Sequence record: OM513680.2
Reading direction: 5' to 3' (one strand)
Length of the DNA stretch: 32,000 nucleotides
From: Erwinia phage Loshitsa2
Part shown: positions 1 through 7,040 of the stretch, one piece after another
How positions within the stretch are numbered: position 1 is the first letter of the stretch
Layout: the number at the start of each line of letters is the position of its first letter
Made by a program: the position numbers and the translations under genes
The notes under the pieces: model-generated
Told to the model about the DNA's origin: nothing
The model's database searches: none
The model's input: only the letters and a program-made list of their open reading frames with translations

Positions 1-2
1 TG

Positions 3-1283
3 CCGGGTCACATCTCGGAGAAGTATGGCGACCGTGGGGAGTTCTGCGGGGCGCAGACGTTACCGGACGGCTCACCAGTGTACAGCACAAGCGGTGATGC
101 CATGAAGGGTCTGGCGGCGCAGGGCTTTACAGCGGCCAAGCTGGTGAACGAACTGGCGTCACTGGAGAAGGATACCGGGACGTACTACCTGCGCACTGAG
201 TACAAGCCGGACGGTGAGACGGTGAAGAAGGTCAGCGGTATGTTGCAGTATGTCATCCCTCATGCAGAGGACGGCAGCGGCATCATCCACCACCGACTGA
301 ACACCACGGCGACGGTGACAGGGCGTCTGTCATCCGGGAACCCGAACTTGCAGAACCTGCCGCGAGACGGGACCAGCAAGGTGAAGCAGATGTTCACCAG
401 CCGTTATGGTGCCGATGGCAAAATCATTGAGGTCGATTACTCGGCGCTTGAGGTTGTCATGGGCTGTGTCCACACGAACGATAAGAAGCTGCTGTCGCTG
501 CTGCAATCCGGCACGGACATGCACTGTTATCGTCTGGCGTTCCAGAAGGGTTTACCTTATGAAGAGGTCAAGCGTCTGGCAGTTGATGACGAGGACGGCC
601 CGGACTACAAAGAGTGGAAAGGGTATCGAACCGACATCAAGGCACCATCCTTCGCAGCACAGTACGGAGCAACAGCCAAGGGCATTGCATTCGCCACTGG
701 TATGAGCGTTGAGTTCTGTCAGGAATTCCTTGACAACGAAGCCAAGATGTTCCCGGACTCAATCAAGTTCCGTGACGTTATCAAGAAGGAAGTGGAGCGC
801 ACCGGGCAACTGGCCGGGCAGCTCAAGCGTGAGCATAACGATGACGGCTCAATCTCGGTGTACCGCATCGGGTACTGGACTGCACCGAACATGCAGCGCT
901 ACAGCTTCCGTCAAAAGAAACAGTGGAAGGACCGCAAGCAGGTCATGGATTACAAGGCAACCGAGATGGCCAACTACTGGTGTCAAGGTGAGGCGTTCTT
1001 CATGATGCAGGTTGCGTTCGGTATGCTGATTCGACACTTGATTAACAACCGCTTCTACGATGGTCAGGTGTCACTGATGACGAACGTACACGATGCAGCC
1101 TATCTGGATGCAGCGAATGCCACGGTCGGACGTGAGGCAGCACTGGCAACCAAACGCATCATGGAAACGGCGCGTGACCGTATCCTGCAACTGTGGCCAG
1201 CCTATGGGATTCTGAACGAAGTAGAGTTCCCGGCAGCGGCTGAGATGGGTGAGTCAATGTACGCCAAGACACACGTTCACTAA
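3..1283 (+). CDS. DNA polymerase, family A (T7-like), C-terminal part; gene starts upstream of the window
   Basis: The reading frame is open from base 3 (PGHISEKYGDRGEFCGAQTLPDG...) to the stop at 1283. Motif A is EVDYSALE, motif B is RTDIKAPSFAAQYG, and motif C is NVHDAAY. The GTG at 78 is only the first internal start codon. Confidence 0.93.
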   Translation, partial: PGHISEKYGDRGEFCGAQTLPDGSPVYSTSGDAMKGLAAQGFTAAKLVNELASLEKDTGTYYLRTEYKPDGETVKKVSGMLQYVIPHAEDGSGIIHHRLNTTATVTGRLSSGNPNLQNLPRDGTSKVKQMFTSRYGADGKIIEVDYSALEVVMGCVHTNDKKLLSLLQSGTDMHCYRLAFQKGLPYEEVKRLAVDDEDGPDYKEWKGYRTDIKAPSFAAQYGATAKGIAFATGMSVEFCQEFLDNEAKMFPDSIKFRDVIKKEVERTGQLAGQLKREHNDDGSISVYRIGYWTAPNMQRYSFRQKKQWKDRKQVMDYKATEMANYWCQGEAFFMMQVAFGMLIRHLINNRFYDGQVSLMTNVHDAAYLDAANATVGREAALATKRIMETARDRILQLWPAYGILNEVEFPAAAEMGESMYAKTHVH

Positions 1284-1286
1284 GGA

Positions 1287-1484
1287 GTGATGATGGAGTA
1301 TACCAAAGAAGAGTATCGCCGCTTCGTGCGGCTGGTGCGGATGTCTGGTAGCAGCAATCAGATGGACCGTATCACCTCGCGGCTTGAGATGCCTAAGCTG
1401 GTTAAAGAGCTGGGTAATGAGAAGTGTCAGGTGATGTGGGATGTCTGCGAGGCTGACCGTGATGGTGACCCGGACTACGAATGA
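1287..1484 (+). CDS. Small hypothetical protein (65 aa)
   Basis: The ORF lies immediately downstream of the polymerase stop, with a GGAG-type RBS and a charged composition. Confidence 0.6.
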   Translation: MMMEYTKEEYRRFVRLVRMSGSSNQMDRITSRLEMPKLVKELGNEKCQVMWDVCEADRDGDPDYE

Positions 1485-1527
1485 GTCGTGGGCCTGCGGC
1501 GACGGCGCGGAGCTTAACATGGAAATC

Positions 1528-1547
1528 ATGGGTTGGCAACAGCCCAT
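1528..1547 (+). terminator. Terminator-like hairpin (ATGGGTTG-GCAA-CAGCCCAT) followed by an AT-rich tract
   Basis: 8-bp inverted repeat with one G-T pair and a GCAA tetraloop, then TGATAATTTAATTTAA. It is intergenic. Confidence 0.5.
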
Positions 1548-1599
1548 TGATAATTTAATTTAACTCTTGACTTGCCGGGTGACTTGTGGGTTGCCCAGC

Positions 1600-1626
1600 A
1601 TTAGAAGTACACGCTTAGAAGAACTA
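1600..1626 (+). promoter_or_regulatory. Putative phage RNA polymerase promoter, copy 1 (ATTAGAAGTACACGCTTAGAAGAACTA)
   Basis: Ungapped match to the intergenic motif also found at 3078, 9495 and 9579. Confidence 0.6.
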
Positions 1627-1645
1627 ACCAACTGGAGATTTACCC

Positions 1646-2845
1646 TTGAAGATTCGTGAACTGTTTACTAACACTGACATCCGCAATGCCATGCAACGTG
1701 CTGAGAATAGCATCAGCAAGGCCGCGAAGGATTTGAGCACGCTGAAAGGCGTCATGGTATCACCGCAGCTACTACGCTACTGGATTTCAACTCTGGATGA
1801 TTCAGAGGTTGAGGGCAGTCTGACGCAGGAGATTGAGCGTACTCGTGAGCTGGCCCGTAGCCGCAACATGAGCACCAGCAACAACAGTCTGCGCCGGGAC
1901 ATGCGTGCCATTCTGGATGAGAACCAACTGCTGCGCGACTACCGCTCACTGCTGGACCATCTGGTAATCAACCCGCTGCCGATGGTGCCGCGCCGCTACA
2001 ACCCTTCAGGCAAGAAGATGACCATCGAAGTTATCTTCAGTGACCTGCAAATCGGTAAGCTGTCTGGCTCCTATAACAGTGCGATTGCCCGTGAGCGTGT
2101 TCGTGAGTTCGGTGACGTGGTGGTTGATAAAGTAAATCAACATGTCCATGCCGGGTATGACGTTGAGCTGATTAAGCTGGTCGTGCTGGGTGACGTTATC
2201 GAATCTGATAAGAAGCACATCAACTCGGCCCGTGGCTGTGATATGGGTACAGCAGAGCAGATGAAGGAAGCCACCGAGCTGCTGGTTGCTCTGGTCGGCA
2301 AGCTGGCCATGACTGGTATCCACGTCGAGTGTACGATGGTGACGGGCAACCACGATTGGGATGGCCACGGCATGAACAGCTTCATGGCTGGTCAGGAACA
2401 CCTGAGCTGGCCGATGTATAACGCAGTGAAGATGATTAGTGAGGCGATGTATGGCAACGAGGCAGTCAGCTTTATCATTCCGCGAGGTGCGTTCCATGTC
2501 TCCAGCATCTACGGTACGAATGTACTGTACGAGCATGGTGTTGGGGTGGCGTCGAGCCAAGCAGGTCTGGAGAAGCGCCGGGACCAACGAGCGCAGCAGC
2601 TTGGCGTTCATGTCGGGCTTATGCGTATGGGTGATAAGCACAACATCTGTCGCTTTAATAATGACCGCCTTGTCGTTAACGGCGCGTTCTTCGGCACCGA
2701 CACGGTAGGCGGCGAGTACAGCAGCTTCCTCGGCTATCAGAACGAGCCGTCTCAGATTATGTTCTGCCACGTTGAGCGTAAGCCCGGCGATGCACGCACC
2801 TCTATCTTCGACACTCTGGTCATCCAACTCGCTCACATTAAATAA
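1646..2845 (+). CDS. Calcineurin-like metallophosphoesterase, possibly a DNA exonuclease/phosphoesterase (399 aa)
   Basis: Motifs in order: DLQIGK, GDVIESDKKH, GNHDWDGHG, YEHG (spaced metal ligands). The start appears to be TTG preceded by TGGAG. Confidence 0.8.
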   Translation: MKIRELFTNTDIRNAMQRAENSISKAAKDLSTLKGVMVSPQLLRYWISTLDDSEVEGSLTQEIERTRELARSRNMSTSNNSLRRDMRAILDENQLLRDYRSLLDHLVINPLPMVPRRYNPSGKKMTIEVIFSDLQIGKLSGSYNSAIARERVREFGDVVVDKVNQHVHAGYDVELIKLVVLGDVIESDKKHINSARGCDMGTAEQMKEATELLVALVGKLAMTGIHVECTMVTGNHDWDGHGMNSFMAGQEHLSWPMYNAVKMISEAMYGNEAVSFIIPRGAFHVSSIYGTNVLYEHGVGVASSQAGLEKRRDQRAQQLGVHVGLMRMGDKHNICRFNNDRLVVNGAFFGTDTVGGEYSSFLGYQNEPSQIMFCHVERKPGDARTSIFDTLVIQLAHIK

Positions 2846-2854
2846 GGAGAGCAC

Positions 2855-3061
2855 ATGATTAAGGTACACTTAATGTTCACCAAAGCCATCCAAGCGAAGG
2901 GCGGCGAGCTGTTCAACGAAATTGAATTCACTGACGTAGCGGGAACGGTCCGCGACCACGGTGGCCTGTCCGTCAATTTCAAAGACGGGTCGGAGTATAT
3001 CTACCCGTGGCATACTCTGAAACGTGTCCGCATCAAAGAAAGTGTTGACACTGAAGAGTAA
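2855..3061 (+). CDS. Small hypothetical protein (68 aa)
   Basis: ATG with AGGAGA upstream, compact spacing to its neighbours. Confidence 0.65.
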   Translation: MIKVHLMFTKAIQAKGGELFNEIEFTDVAGTVRDHGGLSVNFKDGSEYIYPWHTLKRVRIKESVDTEE

Positions 3062-3077
3062 TTGTGATTGAGCGTGA

Positions 3078-3104
3078 TTTAAAGTGTCACGCTTAGGAGA
3101 AGTA
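3078..3104 (+). promoter_or_regulatory. Putative phage RNA polymerase promoter, copy 2 (TTTAAAGTGTCACGCTTAGGAGAAGTA)
   Basis: Shares CACGCTTAGGAGAA with the copy at 9579. It is intergenic and upstream of the candidate SSB gene. Confidence 0.65.
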
Positions 3105-3109
3105 CGGTA

Positions 3110-3130
3110 GCTGGTGCCGCTTACACCAGC
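3110..3130 (+). promoter_or_regulatory. 5'-UTR hairpin GCTGGTG-CCGCTTA-CACCAGC
   Basis: Perfect 7-bp inverted repeat directly downstream of promoter copy 2. Confidence 0.45.
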
Positions 3131-3172
3131 ACAACGAAACCATATTAATTACATGAGAGAGAGTAAACGCAT

Positions 3173-4066
3173 ATGACTACTACCACTACCCCATTCAACG
3201 CATTGGCTAATCTGGACGCTCTGGTAAATCAGGCGATGGAAGTTCAAGACACCGACATGACCGAAACTGGTACTGGTGGATTTGACAAAGTAATTCTGGA
3301 GAATGGCGATTACAACATCCGCTTCGTTGAGTATGTTGAGTACGGTAAGCGCACTCCAATGTTCAACGGTAAGCCAACTGGTCGTCCACCAGTATTGAAT
3401 GTGAAATTGGGCTTCATTATCTATGCACCGGACGGCGTTGAAGTGCGTAACCGCAGCATGATGATGGGTATCAGCAACAGCGAGAAGGCGAAGTTCAAGC
3501 AGTTCTTCGACCGTCTGAATGCGAAGGGTGATGTCAAGCACGCTGCACAGAAGCTGGGCCAAGCGTACCGCATCGAAGTCACCAAAGAAGTGTCAGCCAA
3601 GACGCAGAAAGAATACAACGCACTGAACTTTGCGTCGTTGAAAGCTCTGCCGAAGTTTGACCCGGAAACTGGTGAGGCCATCAACGTGCCGGAAGTGAAG
3701 CCGGAAGACGTGAAGCTGTTCCTGTGGGCTAACCCAACCAAAGAGACTTGGGACAGCCTGTTCATTGACGGCACCAACGACAAGGGTGAGAGCAAGAACT
3801 TCATTCAGGAAGACATCCTGAAAGCGGTTGACTATCAGGGTTCACCTCTGCAAGTCCTGCGTGAAGGCGGTATCCCGGCACCTGAAGCACTGGCACCAAC
3901 TGCACCGACTGCACCAGCTCCAGTAGCGCAGCCTGAGCAGCCAGCAACTCCGGCACCGACTGCCCCGGCAACGCCCGAAGCACCTGTTGCTCAGACGGCT
4001 CCAGTAGCTCCGACTGCACCTGTCGCACCAACTGCGCCAGTAGCTCCAGTAGCTCCAACAGCCTGA
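3173..4066 (+). CDS. Putative single-stranded DNA-binding-like protein with Pro/Ala/Thr/Val-rich C-terminal tail (297 aa)
   Basis: Position in the replication cluster after the polymerase and before the exonuclease. Soluble N-terminal domain, then a low-complexity C-terminus APTAPATPEAPVAQTAPVAPTAPVAPTAPVAPVAPTA. Confidence 0.45.
   Translation: MTTTTTPFNALANLDALVNQAMEVQDTDMTETGTGGFDKVILENGDYNIRFVEYVEYGKRTPMFNGKPTGRPPVLNVKLGFIIYAPDGVEVRNRSMMMGISNSEKAKFKQFFDRLNAKGDVKHAAQKLGQAYRIEVTKEVSAKTQKEYNALNFASLKALPKFDPETGEAINVPEVKPEDVKLFLWANPTKETWDSLFIDGTNDKGESKNFIQEDILKAVDYQGSPLQVLREGGIPAPEALAPTAPTAPAPVAQPEQPATPAPTAPATPEAPVAQTAPVAPTAPVAPTAPVAPVAPTA
3880..4063 (+). repeat. Degenerate short tandem repeats encoding (P-V-A-P-T-A)n
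   Basis: Repeated GCTCCAGTAGCTCC / GCACCAACTGC units within the 3' end of the CDS. Confidence 0.7.
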
Positions 4067-4094
4067 AAGCACGACGTAGTTAACCAAACTGATT

Positions 4095-4112
4095 GGGGCG
4101 CAGAGACGCCCC
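4095..4112 (+). promoter_or_regulatory. Intergenic hairpin GGGGCG-CAGAGA-CGCCCC (attenuator or terminator-like)
   Basis: Perfect 6-bp GC-rich stem in a 72-bp intergenic gap. There is no clear U-tract. Confidence 0.4.
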
Positions 4113-4138
4113 TCTAATCCACAACGGGAGAGTAAACC

Positions 4139-4438
4139 GTGGCTAAGACTTATCGTATCGTTGTTCAAACCGAACTGACCGTAACCGTACCTGACGCAGC
4201 AGCCGCTGAGTTCAGTGCAGAGATTCGCCGCCATGCTAAGACCGAAGGCGCGTTGTCTCCGCTGGGCCGTCAGATGCAGCACATGCAGCCGCATGAGCAG
4301 GTACTGTGCGCCGTCCGTAGTAATCTGCGTGAAGTGTCAAAGCAGGCATTCAATGGTGTCAAGTCTGACTTCGCTGAGTCCAGCGTCAACGTTCGCTTTG
4401 CACCAACCACTGTAACCGCCACCGACAAGGAGCTTTAA
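4139..4438 (+). CDS. Hypothetical protein (99 aa)
   Basis: GTG start with GGGAGAG upstream; its stop overlaps the next start (TAATG). Confidence 0.7.
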   Translation: MAKTYRIVVQTELTVTVPDAAAAEFSAEIRRHAKTEGALSPLGRQMQHMQPHEQVLCAVRSNLREVSKQAFNGVKSDFAESSVNVRFAPTTVTATDKEL

Positions 4439-4824
4439 TGTCAACTGTAACCCACTACGCACTGTTCCAACTCCTGTTTGCTGAAGCCGTTGCTGTGCCA
4501 TATGACCGCAGCGCAATCAACCGTACCCGAGCGGCACTGTATCGTCTGTCGAACCTGTACGGCATCGACCCGCAGCCACTGATGCAGCGTATCAAAGCCA
4601 ACAAGAAAGCTGTCAAAGAGGCTACTGATGCTCTGGCAGCACAGGGTGAGATGGCTGCGGCTGTGGCCACGATGGGCACACTGGCGACTCAGGTCGGCTG
4701 GATGGCTGGTCATGTCCACACGCCACTGGAAGATTTGAACATCCCACAAATGGCGACCGACATCTTCGGTATGCTGAACACCCTCGCGGTACTGGACAAA
4801 TTGCCAACGGCTAAGGCGGCTTAA
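4438..4824 (+). CDS. Hypothetical protein (128 aa)
   Basis: Translationally coupled TAATG junctions on both sides. Confidence 0.75.
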   Translation: MSTVTHYALFQLLFAEAVAVPYDRSAINRTRAALYRLSNLYGIDPQPLMQRIKANKKAVKEATDALAAQGEMAAAVATMGTLATQVGWMAGHVHTPLEDLNIPQMATDIFGMLNTLAVLDKLPTAKAA

Positions 4825-5780
4825 TGTTCGAACATCTGCTGGCTGACGTACAGCCGCAGTTTGAATCGAATGCGAATGGTGACAAGGTGCTGCTGCTGGA
4901 TGCAGACTTCCTGATTTATCGGGCGGCGGCTACCGTTAAGACATTGCCTACGGCGATTCGCCGCTTCTACCAGATGGTGCTGACTCAGATGTTTCTGACA
5001 GGCACCAAGGAATGTCGCATCTTCATCACTCCTTCAAACTGTGCAAAGTGTAACCGTTATTTCTACCCGACCATCAAAGTCTATCAGGACCAGCGCAAGG
5101 CCAACAAGGTTGAGCTGCCACTGAAGGCACCACTGAAGCAGCACCTGCTGACCAATCCCGCTGAATACATTGAGCAGGGCATTGCCGTCGCAGCGTCTGA
5201 CTGGTTCGAAGCTGATGACCTGATGATTATCCACGCTTATGAGCTGAAGGAATCTGGCATCATTAGCAGTGGCGATAAAGACCTGCGCCTGACGCCGTAC
5301 CCGTGGTGGGATAACGAGCGGGGCCAACTGGTGACTATCCCGGATAAGTTCGGCCACCTGTATTGGGATGCCGACGCACCAAGCAATGCCCGCTGTAAAG
5401 GGCACGGCACTAAATTCTTTTGGGCACAGATGCTTATGGGCGACACCGCCGATAACGTCAAAGGTATTGAGAAGTTTGACGGCCAGTTGTGTGGACCCGC
5501 GAAGGCGTTCCAACTGCTGGACCTGATTAAGAATGAATCAGACGCGGCTAACTTCGTCTGCCGGGCGTATGCCCGACGCAATCAAAACGTTTTGGCTGAA
5601 GCCGAAATGATGTGGCTGCGCCGCACTGAAGATGACTCTGCTTACGCCTACCTTATGGAAGTCGTGACCGATGACGCCATCTTAGGGTGGCTCATGCAAT
5701 TACACGAATTTCATACAACGCATCTGGAATGGGTGCAGGAGCAGGCAACAAATGGCGACAATCAAGAGCTTGAAAATTAA
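4824..5780 (+). CDS. 5'-3' exonuclease (T7 gp6-like functional class, 318 aa)
   Basis: LLLDADFLIYRAAA, YQDQRKANK, SDWFEADDLMI and SSGDKDLR motifs of the FLAP/5'-3' exonuclease superfamily. Confidence 0.85.
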   Translation: MFEHLLADVQPQFESNANGDKVLLLDADFLIYRAAATVKTLPTAIRRFYQMVLTQMFLTGTKECRIFITPSNCAKCNRYFYPTIKVYQDQRKANKVELPLKAPLKQHLLTNPAEYIEQGIAVAASDWFEADDLMIIHAYELKESGIISSGDKDLRLTPYPWWDNERGQLVTIPDKFGHLYWDADAPSNARCKGHGTKFFWAQMLMGDTADNVKGIEKFDGQLCGPAKAFQLLDLIKNESDAANFVCRAYARRNQNVLAEAEMMWLRRTEDDSAYAYLMEVVTDDAILGWLMQLHEFHTTHLEWVQEQATNGDNQELEN

Positions 5781-5946
5781 GGCATTCGAATACTTCTACG
5801 CAGACAACTTCAAAGACCTTGAGGATGTCATGACGACTCTGCGTGAGAAGTCTCCGGCGCAAGCGGACAAACTGCGCGACGAGTTCTCGGACCTTATCCG
5901 GGAACGTGTAGAACTGGAAGAAATCGGGGATAACATGGCATGGTAA
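5752..5946 (+). CDS. Small hypothetical protein (64 aa)
   Basis: Overlaps the end of the exonuclease. Charged, helical composition. Confidence 0.6.
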   Translation: MATIKSLKIKAFEYFYADNFKDLEDVMTTLREKSPAQADKLRDEFSDLIRERVELEEIGDNMAW

Positions 5947-6167
5947 TTGACGCATTTGGAGTAACCGCAGAAGTCGGTATGAAAGTAGCGTTCGGCCACG
6001 GCGGTCGAGGCGCACAACCTTTCGCTATCGGGGAGATTGTGAGCATCGGGCCTAAGACGGTCCGTATCGCATACACTCGCAAGACCATCCACTGGCACAC
6101 CCGTAAGGAGATGGAGAGCCTTGAGCACTTCCAGCGTCCTAACGGTGCCTTCGTGGTGCAACTGTGA
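5940..6167 (+). CDS. Small hypothetical protein (75 aa)
   Basis: Overlapping, coupled ORF between the neighbouring genes. Confidence 0.6.
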   Translation: MVIDAFGVTAEVGMKVAFGHGGRGAQPFAIGEIVSIGPKTVRIAYTRKTIHWHTRKEMESLEHFQRPNGAFVVQL

Positions 6168-6592
6168 GGAAGATAACGCGGGGCCAGCTCCGCGCAGTAT
6201 CCATGCAACTGGCGGCAAAGCAGGGTGGCGTCTGTCCGCTCTGTGGCGGCGCTCTCGACTTCTCAATTAAGGGGAACAAAGGTGACAGTGTTGTTGTTGA
6301 CCATGACCACATTACTGGTCGTATTCGCGGTGCTCTGCATCGTTCATGTAATGGTGGTGAAGGTAAGGTCGCCTCGGCGGCAGGGCGCTGGATTGTCGGC
6401 TCCATGCAAGACAGCCAGAAGATTGCGCAGGCGCTCCACCGAGTAGCTGACTATCTGGAGCAGGAACCAACTGAGCTGATTTATCATTCGCACAAGTCGG
6501 ACGACGACAAGCGAGAGATTCGTGCAGCTCGTGAACGTAAACGCCGGGCCGAGATTAAAGCTCGCCGGGCCGCAGCCTTAATGGTGAAATAA
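6164..6592 (+). CDS. Recombination endonuclease VII-like nuclease (142 aa)
   Basis: CPLCGGALDF...VVVDHDHITGRIRGALHRSCN: the Zn-binding His-Me finger signature of endonuclease VII. Confidence 0.88.
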   Translation: MRKITRGQLRAVSMQLAAKQGGVCPLCGGALDFSIKGNKGDSVVVDHDHITGRIRGALHRSCNGGEGKVASAAGRWIVGSMQDSQKIAQALHRVADYLEQEPTELIYHSHKSDDDKREIRAARERKRRAEIKARRAAALMVK

Positions 6593-6927
6593 TGCAAGAG
6601 GCACCACAGTGTGCTGGCGGTTGCCAGTACGCCAAGGACATTGGTATGGAGCAGCATTCCTGTGCAGGCAAGTGCCTGTACTTAGACCACCCGGACAACA
6701 AAGAGGTTCCTATGAGTGACGCAGTAAAGCAGCCAAGTCATTACGCCAGCGGCGGTATTGAGTGTATCGAAGCCATCAAGGCCAGCATGACCCCGGAAGC
6801 GTTCAAGGGTTATCTGAAGGGTAATGTCCAGAAATATCTGTGGCGCTATGAGAAGAAGATTGCCCCGGCAGAAGACCTCGCCAAAGCTCAGGTATATTTG
6901 GGGTGGCTCATTGCAGAAGTTGAGTGA
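6592..6927 (+). CDS. DUF3310-like protein (111 aa)
   Basis: KQPSHYASGGIECIEAIKASMTPEAFKGYLKGNVQKYLWRYEKK...DLAKAQVYLGWL matches the typical DUF3310 pattern. Confidence 0.75.
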   Translation: MQEAPQCAGGCQYAKDIGMEQHSCAGKCLYLDHPDNKEVPMSDAVKQPSHYASGGIECIEAIKASMTPEAFKGYLKGNVQKYLWRYEKKIAPAEDLAKAQVYLGWLIAEVE

Positions 6928-6945
6928 GTGGTGTTACAATAAGGC

Positions 6946-6970
6946 CCGGTCAGCGTTCTACGCTGGTCGG
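6946..6970 (+). promoter_or_regulatory. Strong intergenic hairpin CCGGTCAGCG-TTCTA-CGCTGGTCGG before the RNA polymerase gene
   Basis: 10-bp stem including two G-T pairs with a 5-nt loop. There is no downstream T-tract, so it may be an RNA processing or regulatory structure. Confidence 0.5.
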
Positions 6971-7040
6971 AAGCAAGACGCTGTAAACTACATGCAAATG
7001 TATAAGCACTGGAAATCGAAATCACTTTAAGGAGTATCAG

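Noticed and set aside
2006-2869. 287-aa antisense ORF opposite the metallophosphoesterase gene
   Set aside because: The + strand frame carries clear catalytic motifs. The antisense product has no recognisable features or plausible independent context.
3880-4063. Repeat tract considered as a CRISPR-like or non-coding minisatellite
   Set aside because: The repeats are short, contiguous and in frame, and they encode a PVAPTA-rich tail. There are no spacers.
6824-7030. Full 68-aa ORF starting at 6824 as an independent gene
   Set aside because: Most of it overlaps the DUF3310-like gene out of frame and has a non-protein-like N-terminal half. Only the 3' portion (from about 6920) was kept, as a speculative small peptide.
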